Of a stretch of DNA of 64,000 nucleotides, positions 32,121-45,159 are shown one piece after another. The stretch is from the NCBI GenBank assembly GCA_950097015.1, contig CATNEN010000030.1, positions 1,054,001 to 1,118,000 on the forward strand, in the 5' to 3' direction. Positions within the stretch are counted from its first letter, which is position 1; each line of letters opens with the position of its first letter. The notes under the pieces were generated by a model. It had not been told where the DNA came from. It did no database searches and worked only from the letters and a program-made list of their open reading frames with translations. The stretch comes from Macrostomum hystrix. Lineage: Eukaryota > Animalia > Platyhelminthes. A program made the position numbers and the translations under genes.

Positions 32121-32446
32121 GGGGGTCAGTGGCAGAGCGGTCTAACGCGTTTGCTGCCTCTCGCATCAAGGTCCCTGATCTCGGCGAGGCCGCATTCATT
32201 TGGGGCGCAGCCGCGGAGAGAAGGCTTGGTGGCTTGTCGTGCAATTCACGCCATTGAGGGCCAATCTTCGAGGCAGAGTGAAAGTGAAAGTCAGGGTAGA
32301 TGTACACACATGTGAGTGTGTGCCTGCGTACAGTATCTGTGCGCGTGTGTGCTCAGAAGTCAGCGAAATTGGCAGAATTGCCAGTTCTAGTATCACCAAA
32401 TGATGTGCCATTGACTGAAGCCCTCCGCCAACCATTATTATTATTA
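32121..32446 (+). mobile_element. tRNA-derived SINE, family 1 copy, antisense in the Prep homeobox intron
   Basis: GGGGGTCAGTGGCAGAGCGGTCTAACGCG head (A-box TGGCAGAGCGG), shared body, (ATT)n tail. Confidence 0.88.
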
Positions 32447-32479
32447 ATTAATAAGGTTCGAGTGGTGGCAAAACTATAG

Positions 32480-32645
32480 GCTACGTACAGCTGTTCAGTC
32501 CGTGGACTGGGGTAATAGGTACCACACAGACCGCCATATGTACCAAAATTTTTAATGCTAGTACCCATTTTACAACAGGTTGAAGTTAACTACAAGACAG
32601 GCTGAGATACGAACTCCGGACCTCTAGTTCCAAAGCTCTAAAAAT
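32480..32645 (-). mobile_element. tRNA-derived SINE, family 2, degenerate copy
   Basis: Minus strand reads GGAGTTCGTATC (B-box-like), CCTGTTGTAAAATGGGTA and CCACGGACTGAACAG, the latter shared with the 28985 copy. Confidence 0.55.
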
Positions 32646-34157
32646 TAAAATACAGGCTTCTCATTGGAAATCCAACATTGCCTAGAAACATCAAGAGTAA
32701 GGAAAAAGTTATAAAAAGCGACAAATAAAAATATTGATTCGATTATAAAAGAAGCCGATACTTAATGTCCGCAAACTGGTGCCTTTCTACGAGCAGTTGT
32801 AACTGGGCACTGGATAAGAAGCTACCCGATCTTGAGACAGGCTTAAAACCCTGAGAAACCATATTGTAGGGCCACTATTAGCAAACATTGTTGGCTTCTA
32901 CTTTGCTGAAGCAGCAGTCGATAGTAACATGAGTTTTACCTTGCCGCTTCTACTCTTTAATCTGTGCCACGCCAAGATAAGCAATGAGACAACTGATGCA
33001 GTGCGAATATAAGCGTCTATGTTAAAATAGTATTTTCTCAGACGCGCAACCGCATCGACTGCCAATCATTCGCCATTGATTTCACTAAGGGGAGTTGGGC
33101 TGGTGTGTGCCCGGCTGCCAAGGTGTTCAATTCGTTCAAACCAATATTTTTCCCTTTTTAAAACTCATTGGCGGCAGCGGCGGCGGCGGCGGCGGCGGCT
33201 GACGGCGAGAATTCTGTGAGTGTGTGCTAAAGGTAGAAAGTGGAATAGAGAGAGTATAGGAGTGCCGACAGCTCCGCCCACTTCCCCCCTCCATTCCTAC
33301 CTTCCTTCCTTCCTCCCCTATGCTTCCCAAGTCTATCCCATTCAACATAGCCTTTTCCTACTCGTGCCTACTCAAGCTCAACACTTATCCAGCGCCGCAG
33401 GGGGTGGGTGGGTGGCCATGGGCAGCCTTAGGTGTGAGTTGGATGTGGGTTGAATTATAAATGCTAAAATGTCCCTGCTGTATAATATGAGTTTAAAATG
33501 GGATTTTTTCATAGTCAACTCAGAGAAAGAGAGAGTTGGAGCATGGGGTGAGATTGCTGTGAGCAAATGCCGACTGGCTGGGATTTTTTGTTGAAAAGCG
33601 GCGCTGGGGTGGCAGGAGAAGCTAGGCTACTCCGCTCCCCTGTTAAGTCGGGAAATAAAAAAAATGGGACAAGCAGAATGGGGAACAGCTCCCCAGCCTC
33701 GCCGCCGTGTCGCGGGCCAATTTCCTTTTTCAAATATTTTTTGACTGACAAGCGGCGCAAAGATGAAGGAGAGAGTTTGAGAAGGCCTCAAGCTCAAGAT
33801 GGAATAAACATTTTGGGATAAGTTTCTTTAGAAGGCATGGTTGCAGAGACTAGCCGAACCCCCCAGTGCCCGTATCAGCTTCAAGGATACATTTCTCATT
33901 TCATAAGCGCAAACGAAACAAAAGCTCACACCTTTCCTTTGTTTTCGCGAGACAATAGAACTTGGAAGCAGCAAGTCGGAAAGAATTATTGTCTGGCAAT
34001 TTTCCCACTGCTATTGCCATATCGCGAGGCGGTATTTGAATGAAATGATATACTTGAAAGCTATCAATCAATCATTAAAAAAAACTTGCCTTTGCTGCTG
34101 CATGCTTTTCACAAATAGCGAAAACATAGGCGCACAAATATATGGTAATTTAGCGTG

Positions 34158-34760
34158 GCTCAACCTGAGGATCTGGGAGGATGGCTGCTTAACCTGAGGA
34201 TCTGGGAGGATGGCTGCTCAACCTGAGGATCTGGGAGGATGGCTGCTCAACCTGAGGATCTGGGAGGATGGCTGCTCAACCTGAGGATCTGGGAGGATGG
34301 CTGCTCAACCTGAGGAACTGAGAGGATGGCTGCTAAACCTAAGGATCTGGGAGAGTAATAAACTAGCTCAACCTGAGGATCTGGAAGAGTGAAGTAGCTC
34401 AACCTGAGGATCTGGAAGAGTGAAGTAGCTCAACCTGAGGATCTGGAAGAGTGAAGTAGCTCAACCTGAGGATCTGGAAGAGTGAAGTAGCTCAACCTGA
34501 GGATCTGGAAGAGTGAAGTAGCTCAACCCGAGGATCTGGAAGAGTGAAGTAGCTCAACCTGAGGATCTGGAAGAGTGAAGTAGCTCAACCTGAGGATCTG
34601 GAAGAGTGAAGTAGCTCAACCTGAGGATCTGGAAGAGTGAAGTAGCTCAACCTGAGGATCTGGAAGAGTGAAGTAGCTCAACCTGAGGATCTGGAAGAGT
34701 GAAGTAGCTCAACCTGAGGATCTGGAAGAGTGAAGTAGCTCAATCTGAGGATCTGGGAGG
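34158..34760. repeat. Two-phase minisatellite: 29-bp units then 31-bp units sharing the core GCTCAACCTGAGGATCTGG
   Basis: About 6 copies ending GAGGATGGCT, then about 13 copies ending AAGAGTGAAGTA. Confidence 0.95.
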
Positions 34761-37700
34761 ATAATAAGCATAAATCGCTGCACAAGATTGGAATTTGTTA
34801 ACGATTTGTTGAAAAATTTACAGAATAAGAAGCATTTTGTCAGATTGACAGATTGACAGTTGACAGTTGGAAAACAAACACACGCACCAGTTGCAACGTA
34901 TTTTGAAGCAGGTTGCTTTGGAATGGAGCACAGTTACTAAGCAACTAATGGTCGCTAAAACAAATTCTTGGCTCGATAAAACTCGATAAAGACAAAGGGA
35001 CGGAGGCAGCAGAGGCCAAATGGAGCCAGGGTCAGGAGGGCAGGCCTGAGGTTTGTGGTCTGTAAACTTGGCCCAAGTGTAAATATACGGTATGTCTGTA
35101 TCTATAGTGCGTATATTTACTAAGGAGCTGCAGATAACAGTTAAGAATATTTAACTCTTAGATACAACAGTATCAGTAAAGTCGGCATTGTTGACACAAT
35201 AGCCGTCTCTAAACTATACGGAATATGAAAATACTGAAAATCTGTAACTATACAGTATACTTAAGCTATCGGAAATAATTCTTTAAAAAAGTCACAACTA
35301 ATTTTTACACGCATAGATTTGGAAACACCTATTAGCAATCGCCAGGCCAGATAAGACTCAAATTGAGACATAAGGGCGCCAAAATTGACTCATACACAAG
35401 CGCGTATATCATGTTTGAACACGAGTCCCAGTGGCTCCGCAAGTGCTTCCCAAATTTGTTAAAAGAGGCCTCAGTTTTATTACGTATTTGAAAAAGGTAT
35501 CATTTCTTAGCAACCAATTTCACGCTAATGCTGACAATTTTTAATGACGCACTCGTTTTAGGAGGAGGCCACAGAGAACGTCTCTGCTTTATTTGTATTG
35601 TCCACTTTCATCCTATAAGGTATTGCATTCAACAAGCTTCGTCACCTTTTCTAGTCTAGTTGCTAAGACGCATTCTATAAGCATCTAAAAGAGAGGCATG
35701 AATATTGAAGACTGGCAATGCTAGCTAGCTATTTGACATTTAGTCGTGAGAAATGGTCAGAAACTGATACGAGTATAACAATACTGATCCGTTTTATAAG
35801 TTTCAAAGCTTGTTCGTTAAAGTTAACGTTTCTTTAAATCCGTTAAATCCTAGCAGAACTCGGTATTAATTCTATCGCACTTAGTCAGTCAAGTTATTCG
35901 CAAAAAAGTGCGCAGAAAGTGCACACTAGCTAAATATTTAGGACCCCTCTGAGTTTCAAAGCGTTTTTAGATAGCAAATCTAAAATATTTTCGGCGCCAA
36001 ACCCAGCATTAGGAGCAGCAGCAGCAGCAGCAGCATGAAAGAAGAGAACGTGTTGGGTGGCCATCCGAACAGCGCTGAAAAAGACTGAAAAAGAAGACTA
36101 GCCTGATTAGCCAGAGAGATACAAAATAAGCCATCTAACGTCAGGATCAGCAACTGTTAATGCACAGTTGCAGATGTGAACCCGGCCGTGTCCATCAGGG
36201 CTGCCGGCAATGCTTTTGCGCGCGATTTTAATAAGCAACGACTGTCACGACTTCATATACAGATGAGAAAAATAATTTAGAAAAAGAAGAAATTGCGATG
36301 GAGGAAGGATTTTATCGACTTCGTTGATCTCAAAAGACCGTGTCAGCGAAAGTGCTACTAGCAGCTTTCAGAAAGATTTCTTATTTTAGAAACTTAGTCT
36401 AATCATTTCAGTTCAAGAAGCTAAATTGATTGCCTAATTAGTTTTTTCTGGTAGAATTTATGATCTAATTTATTTTATCCTAAAAAAGCAAAAAGCATAA
36501 TTAGAAAGCTTTCACCTGTCTTGGCTAGTTTCAACAACGCTTGGAACTCCTAGGAGCTATATAGGTTTTTTAATTTCTGTCCTCCAGACTCCTAGCACAG
36601 TGGACAATTAATTTCTAATAGGGTCGGATATTTTCAGTGCAGCAGGTTATTACGAAATAGATTCGAATATTTAGAAATGTTCGCTGTGCTGCTCCTCCTA
36701 TTCCGGCCCGCGGTCGGGGTCCATCTTTGCCATAGACAAAAGCCATCTGGAGCCGCATGGAGTCGGGCCATATTTTCCGATATCATTCATATTTAACTAT
36801 CGAATGGCACCCAAACCTACAGGTGCACAGTTTACCGTCAATATTACCTCCCACAATCCATTAGGTTGTGGTCCATGGTCATTAATTTCGCAGTAGTTCG
36901 CAGCTGCCGACCATTAGTGTAGTGTGACAACTGTGTGTTTGTGTATTTTGTTTAGCGAAATATCGAAAAAACTAAATAACTGACTCGATCGCTGATCGTG
37001 ATCAATATTCGTGCTTTTAACAATTAGAATCAAATCAATAAGAAACGGGAAATTAAAATGAAACCCGGAAATTACTGTCAAGAATCTGCGGGTCAAAGTT
37101 AACTAATTCTAGTCAACTCCTTTCATATTTATATACAGGAAACAGAAGCGAAGCAATGAAAGCATTGTTAGGGCTCCGAAAGGGCGGAAGGTCCACTGAC
37201 AGACAGTGCATGCAGTTTGTCTCTAAGGAGGGGCTAGCAGCAGCTGTTTGAGTCGCGGGCTATTGAACAAATCGAGTGGGCGGAGCTAACAGAGCCAACG
37301 GGGGTTAAAAGCCTATTATGAGTTGATGGGCTCTCAAATATTTAGCAAAGTTTTCCCAGCTAGTCGCATTAATAGTCATGAGGTACAGAAGAGTGAAAGT
37401 GGGTTCTGGGATCACAAATATTGCTACCATATTACTATTGTTATTAGAACAGAAGTGCCTTACTAGTGTAGGTCAGCGAGGTTCCGGTTCGTGAAATTCG
37501 CCACGCCCATCGCATTAATAATATCCCCCAATCGATCTACATGCGTATCTATACATACACTCCACAACAGACTCTTGTGAGCATACTCACCAACCGAGCA
37601 GATGATTTTAAATTCAAATCCACTTCAAAAAATGATTGTTAACACAGAACGGCGCGGCCGTGAGGGGGAATTGAAGTTGATGAGAGAATGGGAACTCAAA

Positions 37701-38029
37701 AACTACGAGAAGCTATACGAGTATGAGAATGGAAAGTGGCCTAGCCCGGCGACAACAATAATAAACAAATAGACACTTTCCATGTGTCTGGACATTGAAA
37801 AAATCTACAAGTTGCGTTAATAAGTAGGAAAAACTGTAAAGCAAACAAATGCAAACTCTGACAGGTCTAATATGCTTTGATAGTTTATTTATTTAGCCTG
37901 CAGAGAGTTGACAAAAAGCTTTGACATAGTTTCAGGTCGTTTAGAAAAGGCCTAGCAACTTACTCGTTGGAGTAGATACTAGCTCTCAGAAATTAATTGG
38001 ACTGAGTGCGTAACTAAGAGTGAAGGTTG

Positions 38030-39212
38030 AAGAAGAAGAGAGGTAGAGTGAGAGGAAGAGAGGTAGAGTGAGAGGAAGAGAGGTAGAGTGAGAGGAAGAG
38101 AGGTAGAGTGAGAGGAAGAGAGGTAGAGTGAGAGGAAGAGGGGAAGAGTGAGAGGAAGAGAGGTAGAGTGAGAGGAAGATAAGTAGAGTGAGAGGAAGAT
38201 AAGTAGAGTGAGAGGAAGAGATGTTGTGTGAGAGGAAGAGAGGTAGAGTGAGAGGAAGAGAGGTAGAGTGAGAGGAAGAGAGGTAGAGTGAGAGGAAGAT
38301 AAGTAGAGTGAGAGGAAGAGATGTAGTGTGAGAGGAAGAGAGGTAGAGTGAGAGGAAGAGAGGTAGAGTGAGAGGAAGAGAGGTAGAGTGAGAGGAAGAC
38401 AAGTAGAATGAGAGGAAGAGAAGTAGAGTGAGAGGAAGAGAAGTAGAGTGAAAGGAAGAGAGGTAGAGTGAAAGGAAGATAAGTAGAGTGAGAGGAAGAG
38501 AGGTAGAGTGAGAGCAAGAGAAGTAGAGTAGAGTAGAGAAGAGTATAGTCGAGTAGAGTAGAGTAGAGAGGAAGAGAGGTAGAGTGAAAGGAAGATAAGT
38601 AGAGTGAGAGGAAGATATGTAGAGTGAGAGGAAGAGATGTAGTGTGAGAGGAAGAGATGTAGAGTGAGAGGAAGATAAGTAGAGTGAGAGGAAGAGAAGT
38701 AGAGTGAAAGGAAGAGAGGTAGAGTGAAAGGAAGATAAGTAGAGTGAGAGGAAGAGATGTAGTGTGAGAGGAAGAGAGGTAGAGTGAAAGGAAGAGAGGT
38801 AGAGTGAAAGGAAGATAAGTAGAGTGAGAGGAAGAGAGGTAGAGTGAGAGGAAGAGAGGTAGAGTGAGAGGAAGAGAGGTAGAGTGAGAGGAAGAGAGGT
38901 AGAGTGAGAGGAAGAGAGGTAGAATTAGAGGAGGAGAAGTAGAGTGAGAGGAAGAGAGGTAGAATTAGAGGAGGAGAAGTAGAGTGAGAGGAAGAGAGGT
39001 AGAGTGAGAGGAAGAGAGGTAGAGTGAGAGGAAGATAAGTAGAGTGAGAGGAAGAGAGGTAGAGTGAGAGGAAGAGAGGTAGAATTAGAGGAGGAGAAGT
39101 AGAGTGAGAGGAAGAGAGGTAGAGTGAGAGGAAGAGAGGTAGAGTGAGAGGAAGAGAAGTAGAGTGAGAGGAAGAGAGGTAGAGTGAGAGGAAGAGAGGT
39201 AGAGTGAGGGGA
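38030..39212. repeat. 20-bp purine-rich minisatellite (AGAGTGAGAGGAAGAGAGGT)
   Basis: More than 50 degenerate copies. Confidence 0.95.
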
Positions 39213-42079
39213 AAATAGAGAGGTGAAGACAGGTAAAGAAAGTGAGGGAAAACGGCAAAGGAAAAAACTGGGGAACGAAAAGTGATATTTAGAAAAGAGA
39301 AGGTATATATTCGCTAACTGATGGTGTTTTGTCAAGCCGTAGTAGATTATCAAGTGAGTGAATCTGCAACAGTAGCGCCAAATGCTATCAGTAAGTTAAG
39401 CAACAGGTGGGCCTAACTTATTTACTTTAGTTAAAAGAAGCGATCCAACAAGCAGATAAAGATTGGTACTAAAACTCCTCTTAGAGAGAAGAAAAAGCAG
39501 CGGTGTGAAATTTATATAAAAGGCATCAATTTATGTTCAATCGTCGATAAATAAAATATAAACTGAACTAAATATTTCTAAAAAGCAAACTAACAACACG
39601 GCACACTCTGACGTCACTAGACATAGTTAAACAGGTTTGACGATGATAATGAAACGATAAGCGCACAGTTCTGATACACATAATAGATATAGGATATACA
39701 AGATGAGGAAAGCGAGCGATACAACAGTTGTAATTAATAGCTAGCAGCCCAGTGTCTAAAAAGAAATCCTCTATTCTTAACAGGCAAGCTGTTAACGGTC
39801 CATATAGATCACCTCAATCTTATCCCGAGCCCGCCGCCCCGGGAGAATTTAGCCCGCTGCGAATCTGGACCTTCCCGAAACTCGGCAGCCAAAGCCGCCC
39901 GCTGAGGAATAATAATATATCCGCAGCTTTTTGAGGGGAGTCAGAGGGAGATGCGAGCTAAGGAGATAGTTTAGAAAATGCGGCTGAATCCCGGGGTTAG
40001 CGAGGGGATACTGTTAAAAAACGAAGACCTGATCTTTAGTGGCCTCACGCCGAGCAGCTAAGGGGGGGGCAGAGCGCGGGTGGAATTCTGCATGGTCCCA
40101 AAAGAGAGAGAAAGAGAGAGCGGAGGCGGTACCGATGCGTTATGCATTCGCGACTTATTCCGGCAAATGGCCCCCGCCCCACTCCACATCAAAATCGCTG
40201 CGTACCACACAGAGAGATACAGACATAGAGATGCTAAAAGAGAAAGTCAATCGAGGGGAAACTTTGCGAGATTTGGAAATGGGAGGAGGGGAGATGAGAG
40301 GGGTGGGTTAAGAGAAGGAGGGGAGGAGGGGATAAGGCACCTCTTGCCCTGAGGTGGAGGCCTCGGCAGCGCCGGTGCCGGCGGAGAGTGGGCCCGCAGG
40401 TGTCAATCAAAGCGGTTCGGTCGATTTCAAGTGTCAATCAGAGCTAGGACAGGGGCGATACACACAAGTCATTAGTTTCGTATACAGGGAAAGGGGAAGA
40501 GAGATGAAGAGAAGGAAAAGGGCCTCGAAGGCGGGCAAAAGCGGTGCAGCAGTCGCAGCCGGGATCTGGGATAATGAAGCCGTGCCCCCCTGCCGCAGAA
40601 GTCAGGAAGGTGGCACACACACAGAGAGAGAGAAAGTGAAGTGCGGGAAAAATTTTGGGAAATTTCGGAAACGATGGGATTTAATAAAAACAATGGCCAG
40701 GCTAGTACAGATTGAGTACCAGTTTGTCGGGTGTGCCTACTCAAGACCGCATTCCTCTTACAGGTCTTATACAAAATCTGCAACCTAAATTCAAGGCGCA
40801 GGCCCTTGTCAAGGTTGCAAAAGCCATTAGTGGGTGCAAAGTGCATTGGGAGGACAGTTCTATTTCAACTGAATAATAACCCTCAGGTGAAAATTGATCC
40901 ATTGATTTTAATTGACTTTGGGGCTGCTACCGCTATTGAAAGTATTAGCTTAGCGGAATTTATAACCTGGCTTAGCGTGATACCGGGATTCAATGAATAA
41001 TTTTCCGCTTTCAAGTTATGAGTTAATACTTAAATTAACTTTGCCAGCGGGTGATTCCCAGATAGAAATCAGCAGGTTCAATTATCGAATTGTTAACAAA
41101 GGAATAGCTATTCATTCATAATCATAGATCAGACCGGGGCTTTGAGGGACGGATTTACTTCCACCCAACCTCCACCCGCGAGAACAAGTCAACATGCTCA
41201 AAATTGACAGTGTCAGTTTGTCAAAGTAGAAAGAGAAACACGAGTCAAGATAACGAGTAGATTAGTCGGTAGGATCAGCACAATTAATTTTTTTAAGACG
41301 ACTAAAAATGTGTTTTTTGGTAAGAGCGCTGGAAAGAAGGAGAAAATTAGTTGTTAAAATATATCCAAATTCTTTATCTTTTAGAGACTAGACAGGCAAG
41401 GATATCAGTGTTAATATAGAAGACCTGTAGTCGCTGCTGCTGCAGTTGCTGCTGCTATTGTACAAGTTTGACGCAATGCTGTTACTAAACCGCTCGCACA
41501 CTGCAGGGGGAGGCAGAACCACAGATAGAAAGACCCCTGTGACTTTGCGCTGCTAACCCCTCCGCCTCCGCCTTCGAGTGAGACTTTTGATTGACAACCG
41601 TTTTACACCCTCTTGACAAAGACTCTAGTGGGACCCCCTCTACAAACACGACGCATCGAGTGTTATCTCATCAATGCTTACATATCTTCAATCTCCAGGT
41701 GTCGAATAGTAGATGAAGCTAAAGAGGTCACAAATTGCAGTATCAACACACACACACACTCTCTCTCTCTCACCTCTCGCTCTCTTTTTCCGTTCTGTTT
41801 TAAAGGCGCGCATGAGAGAGCGGGCCAGGCGGTCAGGGTCGGTTGGAAATTAAGTTTATTAAATGAATTCAGCTTCACTTGGTCATCAACGCTAAGATAA
41901 TTTACTGCATGCCCAGCTTAATCCAAGTTAGAGTTGGTGGCCCAATTAAAAACAATATAGAGACCCGCGTTTAACTCACTCATGGGAAAATGTATGTTTT
42001 TATTCTCGTTCTGCTTATGCAGCTAACCGAACAAGAATTGTTAATGCAACAACAGTGAAAGAATTCAAAGCTCACTCAC

Positions 42080-42612
42080 CACCAGATGCTGGAACAGCCA
42101 CTGCTTCATAATCTGGGTGGCCCGCTTTGGTAGTACGCCGCGTTTCTGCTTATTCTTGTCGTCTAGAGAGTCAGTGGGACTGCCCAACTGCTGACCGTGA
42201 TGATGGTGATGATGCGGGCCCCCGTGCTGATGCTGATGATGATGCAACGGCAGCGGGATGTGCGACCCCAGACCCGGATGATGACCGGCGGGCCCGGACA
42301 AAGCTGACGGATAGGCGTAATGGGGATAAGCTTGGCCGCTGCCGCCGCCGCTGCCACCACCGCCCAGGTGGTGATGATGCTCTAGCGGCTGCTCGGGATA
42401 CAGGTGAGACGGATGCGCGTAGAAGCCGTTCTGATGGCCAGACGGACCGCCGCTGCCTCCGCCACTGCCTGAATGAACGGCCGCTGCTGCTGCGGCTGCG
42501 GCAGCCGCCGCCGCGTTGGCCGCCGCGTGCTGCGAATGGTGCGGGCCGCCGGCAGCCGTGGTCGACGGGGAGGCGTCGCCAGACTCGGAGCTTGGCGAGT
42601 TGGGCATGGAAT
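42080..42612 (-). CDS. PKNOX1: PKNOX/Prep exon: Ala/His/Gly linker and first half of the homeodomain
   Basis: Acceptor atgcttgcAG at 42614-42613 and donor GTG|GTGAGT at 42079; ends KNKQKRGVLPKRATQIMKQWLFQHLV, splicing in frame to HPYP about 10 kb away. Confidence 0.95.
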
Positions 42613-42755
42613 CTGCAAGCATTGGGGTTGGAATGTGGGTCAGCTGCAGAGTCTGGAGTGAGGAAGTGTCGCAATTAAATTAGGATTAAAGTTGAGAAAG
42701 GGAAGCAATATACAGAGCACAAAAATTTGCCAAACAAATCGTCGAGTCCGCTAAC

Positions 42756-43195
42756 CTTGCTGAAGAAAGTCGGCCTGCTGATAACGGCACCGCACAGTGT
42801 TGATGTACCTCGAGCAAAAGTCCCGACAAAGTTCGTTAACCTTCTCCAGCTCGATTATGTGTATGCCCAGAACCTGTACAGCCTCCACCATCAGCTGGTC
42901 AAGTTCGGGATTCGAGCCGCCGCCGCTGTCGCTGCCAGATGCCGCCGTTGATGATGTAGCGGACGAGTCCGCCGGCTTCTGCTGCTGCTGCTGGTGCTGC
43001 TGAAGAAATGCCTGCACATCAGCGTCTAAGGACTCCCGGCCGGAGGTCTGCGTGTCCAGCTGGGCCGTGGAGGTTTCGCATCGTTCCAGCACGCTGGCTA
43101 GCAGCGGGAACAGCGGATGGGCGTAGATGCACTTCTTCTCGCCCTCCTGCTGCGGATGCGCCGCGGCCAGCTCCACGGAGGTCAGGGTGCGGGCG
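42756..43195 (-). CDS. PKNOX1: PKNOX/Prep exon encoding the MEIS/HR1-HR2 (Pbx-interaction) domain
   Basis: Acceptor ttcttttcaacaacgcgcAG at 43197-43196 and donor G|GTTAGC at 42755; contains IYAHPLFPLLASVLERCE and LMVEAVQVLGIHIIELEKVNELCRDFCSRYI (Prep-type VNELCxDFCSRY). Confidence 0.93.
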
Positions 43196-44499
43196 CTGCG
43201 CGTTGTTGAAAAGAAAGCGGCGATTTTTTTGTTATTAGGATCAGAACAAAAATGAGATTTCGAACTGCTCAGAGAGGATTTAAAATTCTTCCAGAAAGCT
43301 GTCAATCTCTTCAGTTAGGTTCAGTTAAAACCTGCTAAAAGTATAAGCCATCAGCGCATTTTATCTTTCATTGCCGATATAAGCAATCATCGCTCAATCG
43401 CTTTCCCTGTCCTTTCCGTTCCTGACGCATCTCAGCGTGCCTACAATATCCGCAGGCAATTTATCCCACCCACACCACCGCCATCGCGCAAATTCCTCTC
43501 AAATAGGCGAGATGGTTTTGGGGAGAAAAAGAAAGATTTGAAGTGGGGAGTTAAAACGCGAAGCCAAGATTGACAAGTTTGAAATCGGATGCAGACTCTG
43601 GGAGGCCGAAATGAGACAACAGGAAAGTGGGCGCGAGGCGGTTTTCTAGGAAGACAAAAATCTCTTTTCTCGCGCTTGTCTTTCAAAATTCTCATAATAC
43701 TCCAAAGACTCTGACAGGTAAACAGAGAAGATAACCATCTGTTTTTTCCCACACTTTTCTTTTCTCAAAGACAAAATCGGTTGCGCTGCTTCTCACCAGC
43801 GGGAGTTTGAGTTGCCAGGCTAAAAATGTTAGTATCGATTCTTTCGCTGTTTTTCAAAAGTGATTTGAATGCAGAAATTTTGTCAAGTCGCGAGCAGGCA
43901 AAGAGAATAAAAAAACTGAGAATTGTGCACATGATGATAGCAGCAATTCAGCCAAATGCCAGCACTCCACTGTTGTATACAGATAAACATCGACACACTC
44001 GATTGCAGGATTAGACGGAGATGTAAGTTTAATTCAAGAGCATCACAGCCTCTTATAGGAAAGTCATGATCTGCCAGAAAAAATCCCATTATTCCCATCC
44101 ACGCATTAGTTGGGATTTGGTGGGGCAAGTTGATCGCCGCAGGAGGCGGTGTTACGGAGGCCGCCGTAAATATCCCTTCCGACTGCACCCGGATCCCATC
44201 ATTCCCTATATAGTATTGCGGAAGGGCTGAACGAATGAAGCCTTTGTTACGTCACCGCTACACCCACATTCCAGCACCGAACACAACAGCCTTCCCTGTT
44301 CCCACCGATGTCAGTCGGCGGCCATCTAACGCGCAGTCTAAAGATTTCCAATTGCATTTATTTTATATAGACGGGAACTGCAAGAGATACTCTCACTTCC
44401 CCTGGTCTCAAACTATAGATATCGTTTTCTTTCTATTTCTTCTTCTTCATCTAAACATTTTTTGCAGTTTCCGAACGGTTGGTGGGGATAACTAAAGTT

Positions 44500-44950
44500 A
44501 GAGAGAGAGAGAAATATATAAGAGCAGGCCTCTTCAGCGGTGTCCATCAACTGACCCCTACTCTACTCAGCTCGGCTGGCGGGCCGGCGGGCGGGCGGGT
44601 GCCGCTATTCATGATTTCCATTTGAGAAAGCGAAAGTAGGAGATAGAAGGCAAGAACCACACCCTCCAAGCAGCGGTAAGGGGATCGAGTGTCTCTCTGT
44701 TCCTCGGAAGGGGAAGTGAAACCTCAGCGCCGCCCGCTTTCTCAATCCTCATTCTCTCAATTGGGCACAGTGTTCTAGGATTGGCAAAACAGTGATTGAC
44801 ACAAACTTATAATATGGCCGGAGGCACCGCCAGGTCGAAGGACCTCAATTATGAGGGCTCCGCCCACTTTAACCCGCTCCCTCCGCCCGGCCCCGCAGCC
44901 CTTTGACTCAACAGGAAACTGAATACTCGCCTTAGCAACATACGGACGGC
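44500..44950. promoter_or_regulatory. GC-box-rich, promoter-like island upstream of the Prep MEIS exon
   Basis: Several GGGCGG/CCGCCC boxes, ATTGG boxes, a TATA-like ATATATAAG near 44515 and a TGATTGACAC site at 44793; function inferred only. Confidence 0.4.
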
Positions 44951-45159
44951 TTAAGCACTGCGAACATTCCGCTTGCTAGTTGGACAGGCCAGATTATAAG
45001 AAAGAATTTGCGAATGGAAGATACATCAAGAATTAAAAAATTCTACCTTTATTGAGCTAAATATTATCATAGCATTGCAGTATTGAGATAAGAAATATAA
45101 TTATGTAAATTGTGCAAGAACAAGTGACTGATTGACTGAAATGAAAGCTGAGCTAACAA

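Noticed and set aside
31226-43195. Assignment as Meis/homothorax rather than Prep
   Set aside because: [30 protein letters not shown] and VNELCRDFCSRY are PKNOX-type; Meis has [26 protein letters not shown] and VHELCDNFCHRY.
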